This document shows, piece by piece, positions 61,381 to 64,000 of a stretch of 64,000 bases of DNA (its first letter is position 1; each line of letters opens with the position of its first letter). This DNA comes from Lytechinus pictus (Eukaryota), in assembly GCF_037042905.1 (NCBI RefSeq), contig NC_087255.1:1674001-1738000 (forward strand), given 5' to 3'. The position numbers and the translations under genes are program-made. Below the pieces are notes generated by a model. It was given only the letters and a program-made list of their open reading frames with translations, had not been told where the DNA came from and ran no database searches.

Positions 61381-61845
61381 ATTCACTTCAAATAAAATTC
61401 ATACATTTACAGGAAAATATCACAGAAAATAATTTAAAAAAATTAATTGCAGTTGTATAAAACATCATAGAAAATAACATGACAGATAAATTTTATCTCG
61501 ACAGGCACACTGTTCATTCGATCATAAAACAATCGCGCTGTTTCACTCCTTGTACACGCACAACTCTATCAGTGTTGTTTCATCTTCATCTGTCCTCAAT
61601 GGCAAGGACATCAGCATGATTCATTCACTTCAAATAAAATTCATACATACATATACAGGAAATATCAAAGAAAAAATTATATAACAAATCAATTGCAGTT
61701 GCATAAAACACGATAGAAAATAACATGACAGATGAATTTTATCTCGACAGGCACACTGTTTCATTCGATCATGAAACGATCGCGCTGTTTCACTCATTGT
61801 ACACGCGCAACTCTATCTGAATTGTTTCATCTGTCCTCAATGCGG
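61381..61845. repeat. Tandem duplication of a unit of about 240 bp
   Basis: attcacttcaaataaaattcatacat..tttatctcgacaggcacactgtt..tcatctgtcctcaatg occurs twice. Confidence 0.85.
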
Positions 61846-64000
61846 CAAACACCAGCAGTGCAGTGACGATAATAAGTTGCAGTTGCACGTGCGCGGAGAA
61901 TGAATTAAATTCGGCGGCTGAGTAAAGTCTAGCGAGAAAGGTACGTCACCAGCGAACTTCACGATAGACCACGCCTACTTGCCGAGGTAACCAACGTTGA
62001 TTGACGGCCCATTTAGTTTTTTGAGTAGTATGAAAAAGTACAGGCATGTATAAACTTCATTTTAGTTTGAATTCATTAAAAAAACACATTTTTCTTCTAA
62101 TATAGATGTTTCAAACATATTCCATGTGGAAAACATAATTTTTTAAACATTTATTGCTATATTTTTATCATGAAAAAAGGATTTCTTACGCAACAACAAG
62201 TATGATATGTGTGGGCAAGAGAACTACCGTTTTAGCCATAAAGCATATTTTTTATGATTTTATTGTGAGCCTACTCAAGGATTTTTGTTTATTTTTTATG
62301 AATTTCCAGACCAAGTTCAACAGCGCCGTCTCGAGCTTGCAATAACGCATGCGATCGCACGCATTTTTCTCCATAGCGAATACACGCGACGAAACTCTGT
62401 GGATTTCTCGTGGATTTAACCTCCAAACGTCACTTTCGATACCACATGAAGGTAAGACACTTCATCCCACATTAGTCAATTTACATAAAGAAAACACAGG
62501 GCCTAATTTTTTTCACTAAGAGTAAGATGAACTAATTTGCTGAGGAAAAGCATTTCAATGCTCATTTTTGCCGTCGAGAACAGACGATGGTGGCAATGCA
62601 CACTGTTTACGCACTTGCAATTGGCTTTTCATTTGCCCATAGCAATTTTGCTCAGTGGATCGGCCGACCTTTTGGTAACTCTATTATTATGAATATGATG
62701 AGTTTGACTTTATCATGTTTATTGATTTTTTTTTTAATTGGCTTGGTCGATATGCGCGTGTAGTGTGCTTTGACCTTTGTAGATTGTCCCGTATTTCATT
62801 TTGTGAAATCTGGTTCAGGCTAGGCATATTAAGGTCATGTTTTTTGGCATTTCCATGACCTACACGGCGGGCCGCGACAACCACAATCAGACAATGCCGC
62901 GCCGCCGGCCGCCCGCCCGCCGGGTCACCGGCCATCGTCATCGATCCATCTGGGCCGAGCCTGGGCGGCGCAAAGCATTCGTAGTGCAGTGCAAGTGGCC
63001 CAGAGGCAGAGCAAGCAACGCGACGGCAAACTGAATTTAGAACTTTTTCATTCAAAAACTAACAAAATATGTCCAACACTACACTTACCCTGCAGACAGA
63101 CTAAAAATTACATCGAATTCGATGGCGAACAACTTAACTCTCCATTTGGCATCGCAGGATCCCCGAAAAAGGTAAAATAGGTAGAGTTGTACGGAGTTGA
63201 CACGCAAAAACAAACAAATATTACAGTTGAATTCCGCGGTTTCGTTGGTAGACGTCTAACTACTGCGGCTCCAAATAAACAAATTTGTTGAGAAAAAAAA
63301 TCAGCCAGCCGACGGGGCCGACATTGTCAAAATTTTAATACAAACAATATCCTATGGCAATCAACGATTATAAACTGACAAATAACTTCATCAAAAATTC
63401 AAGGTACCAGCAAATTCAAAGAATAACCATGATACATGAAAGAGAAATGGCTTTCTAAAAGAACTTAATGAAGGAAAAGGAACGATAAATAAAAAAGAAA
63501 ATTGAAAGAAAAATTAAGAGTCATTGAAACCATAAATAATAATGAAAAAAAAAACAGACACACCCGAACATCCCGGCCAACACAGAATTGAAACCTTTGA
63601 CTGCTCCCCAACCCTTCCGCCTCACTCACCTGGCCAAGTCTCCTCCACAAATTCCCTCCCAACCACGGGCCCACAGCATACCCCTGATCAGGAATTACAA
63701 AAAACTTTGCCTATACAGCTTGTTATATATCAATTTATTGAAAGTTCTTTTAATGATTCCAATTGATATATAGATTTTTTTTGTTAAAAGTGATATTCTG
63801 AAGATTACCAATGACAGAGCAAACACGAACAGAAACTCTTTTCCTCTATTTCCCCCCTTTATTATTTTTGCAACATTTCATATCATTATCTTTTTTAGAG
63901 GAGAGAGAAAAGGGGACGATGTGGACCCTGCCAATTTAAAATCAAATTGGGCTATTTTTCAGATATAGTGACAATGGGTGTTCTATATACAATGCTATTT

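Noticed and set aside
62687-63773. GC-rich patch with several short ORFs and splice-donor-like sites near the window end
   Set aside because: No recognisable protein motif or consistent exon chain; it could be a promoter, UTR or repeat interior, so no gene call is supported.

Overview
AT-rich, intron-rich animal genomic DNA. The repeat landscape looks like a marine invertebrate deuterostome, probably a sea urchin (inference). There are two assembly gaps, 29597-29812 and 49632-50252. Three protein-coding genes can be built by hand with GT-AG, phase-consistent splicing. (1) The last exon of a PNKP-like polynucleotide kinase gene on + (1047-1297). (2) An uncharacterised 12-coding-exon gene on - (27966 to 10580, about 971 aa) with the architecture atypical Macro domain - TIR - TIR - TIR - acidic disordered tail - CaaX box. 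This is the most interesting object here: a candidate membrane-anchored NAD+/ADP-ribose signalling protein that joins the two domain types of bacterial type II Thoeris in one chain. (3) The centriole-duplication gene STIL on - (51038 to 36355, 14 coding exons, about 1383 aa). Introns and the gene-poor last 11 kb are full of non-autonomous DNA transposons (MITEs, Helentron-like elements), tRNA-derived SINEs and tandem duplications.
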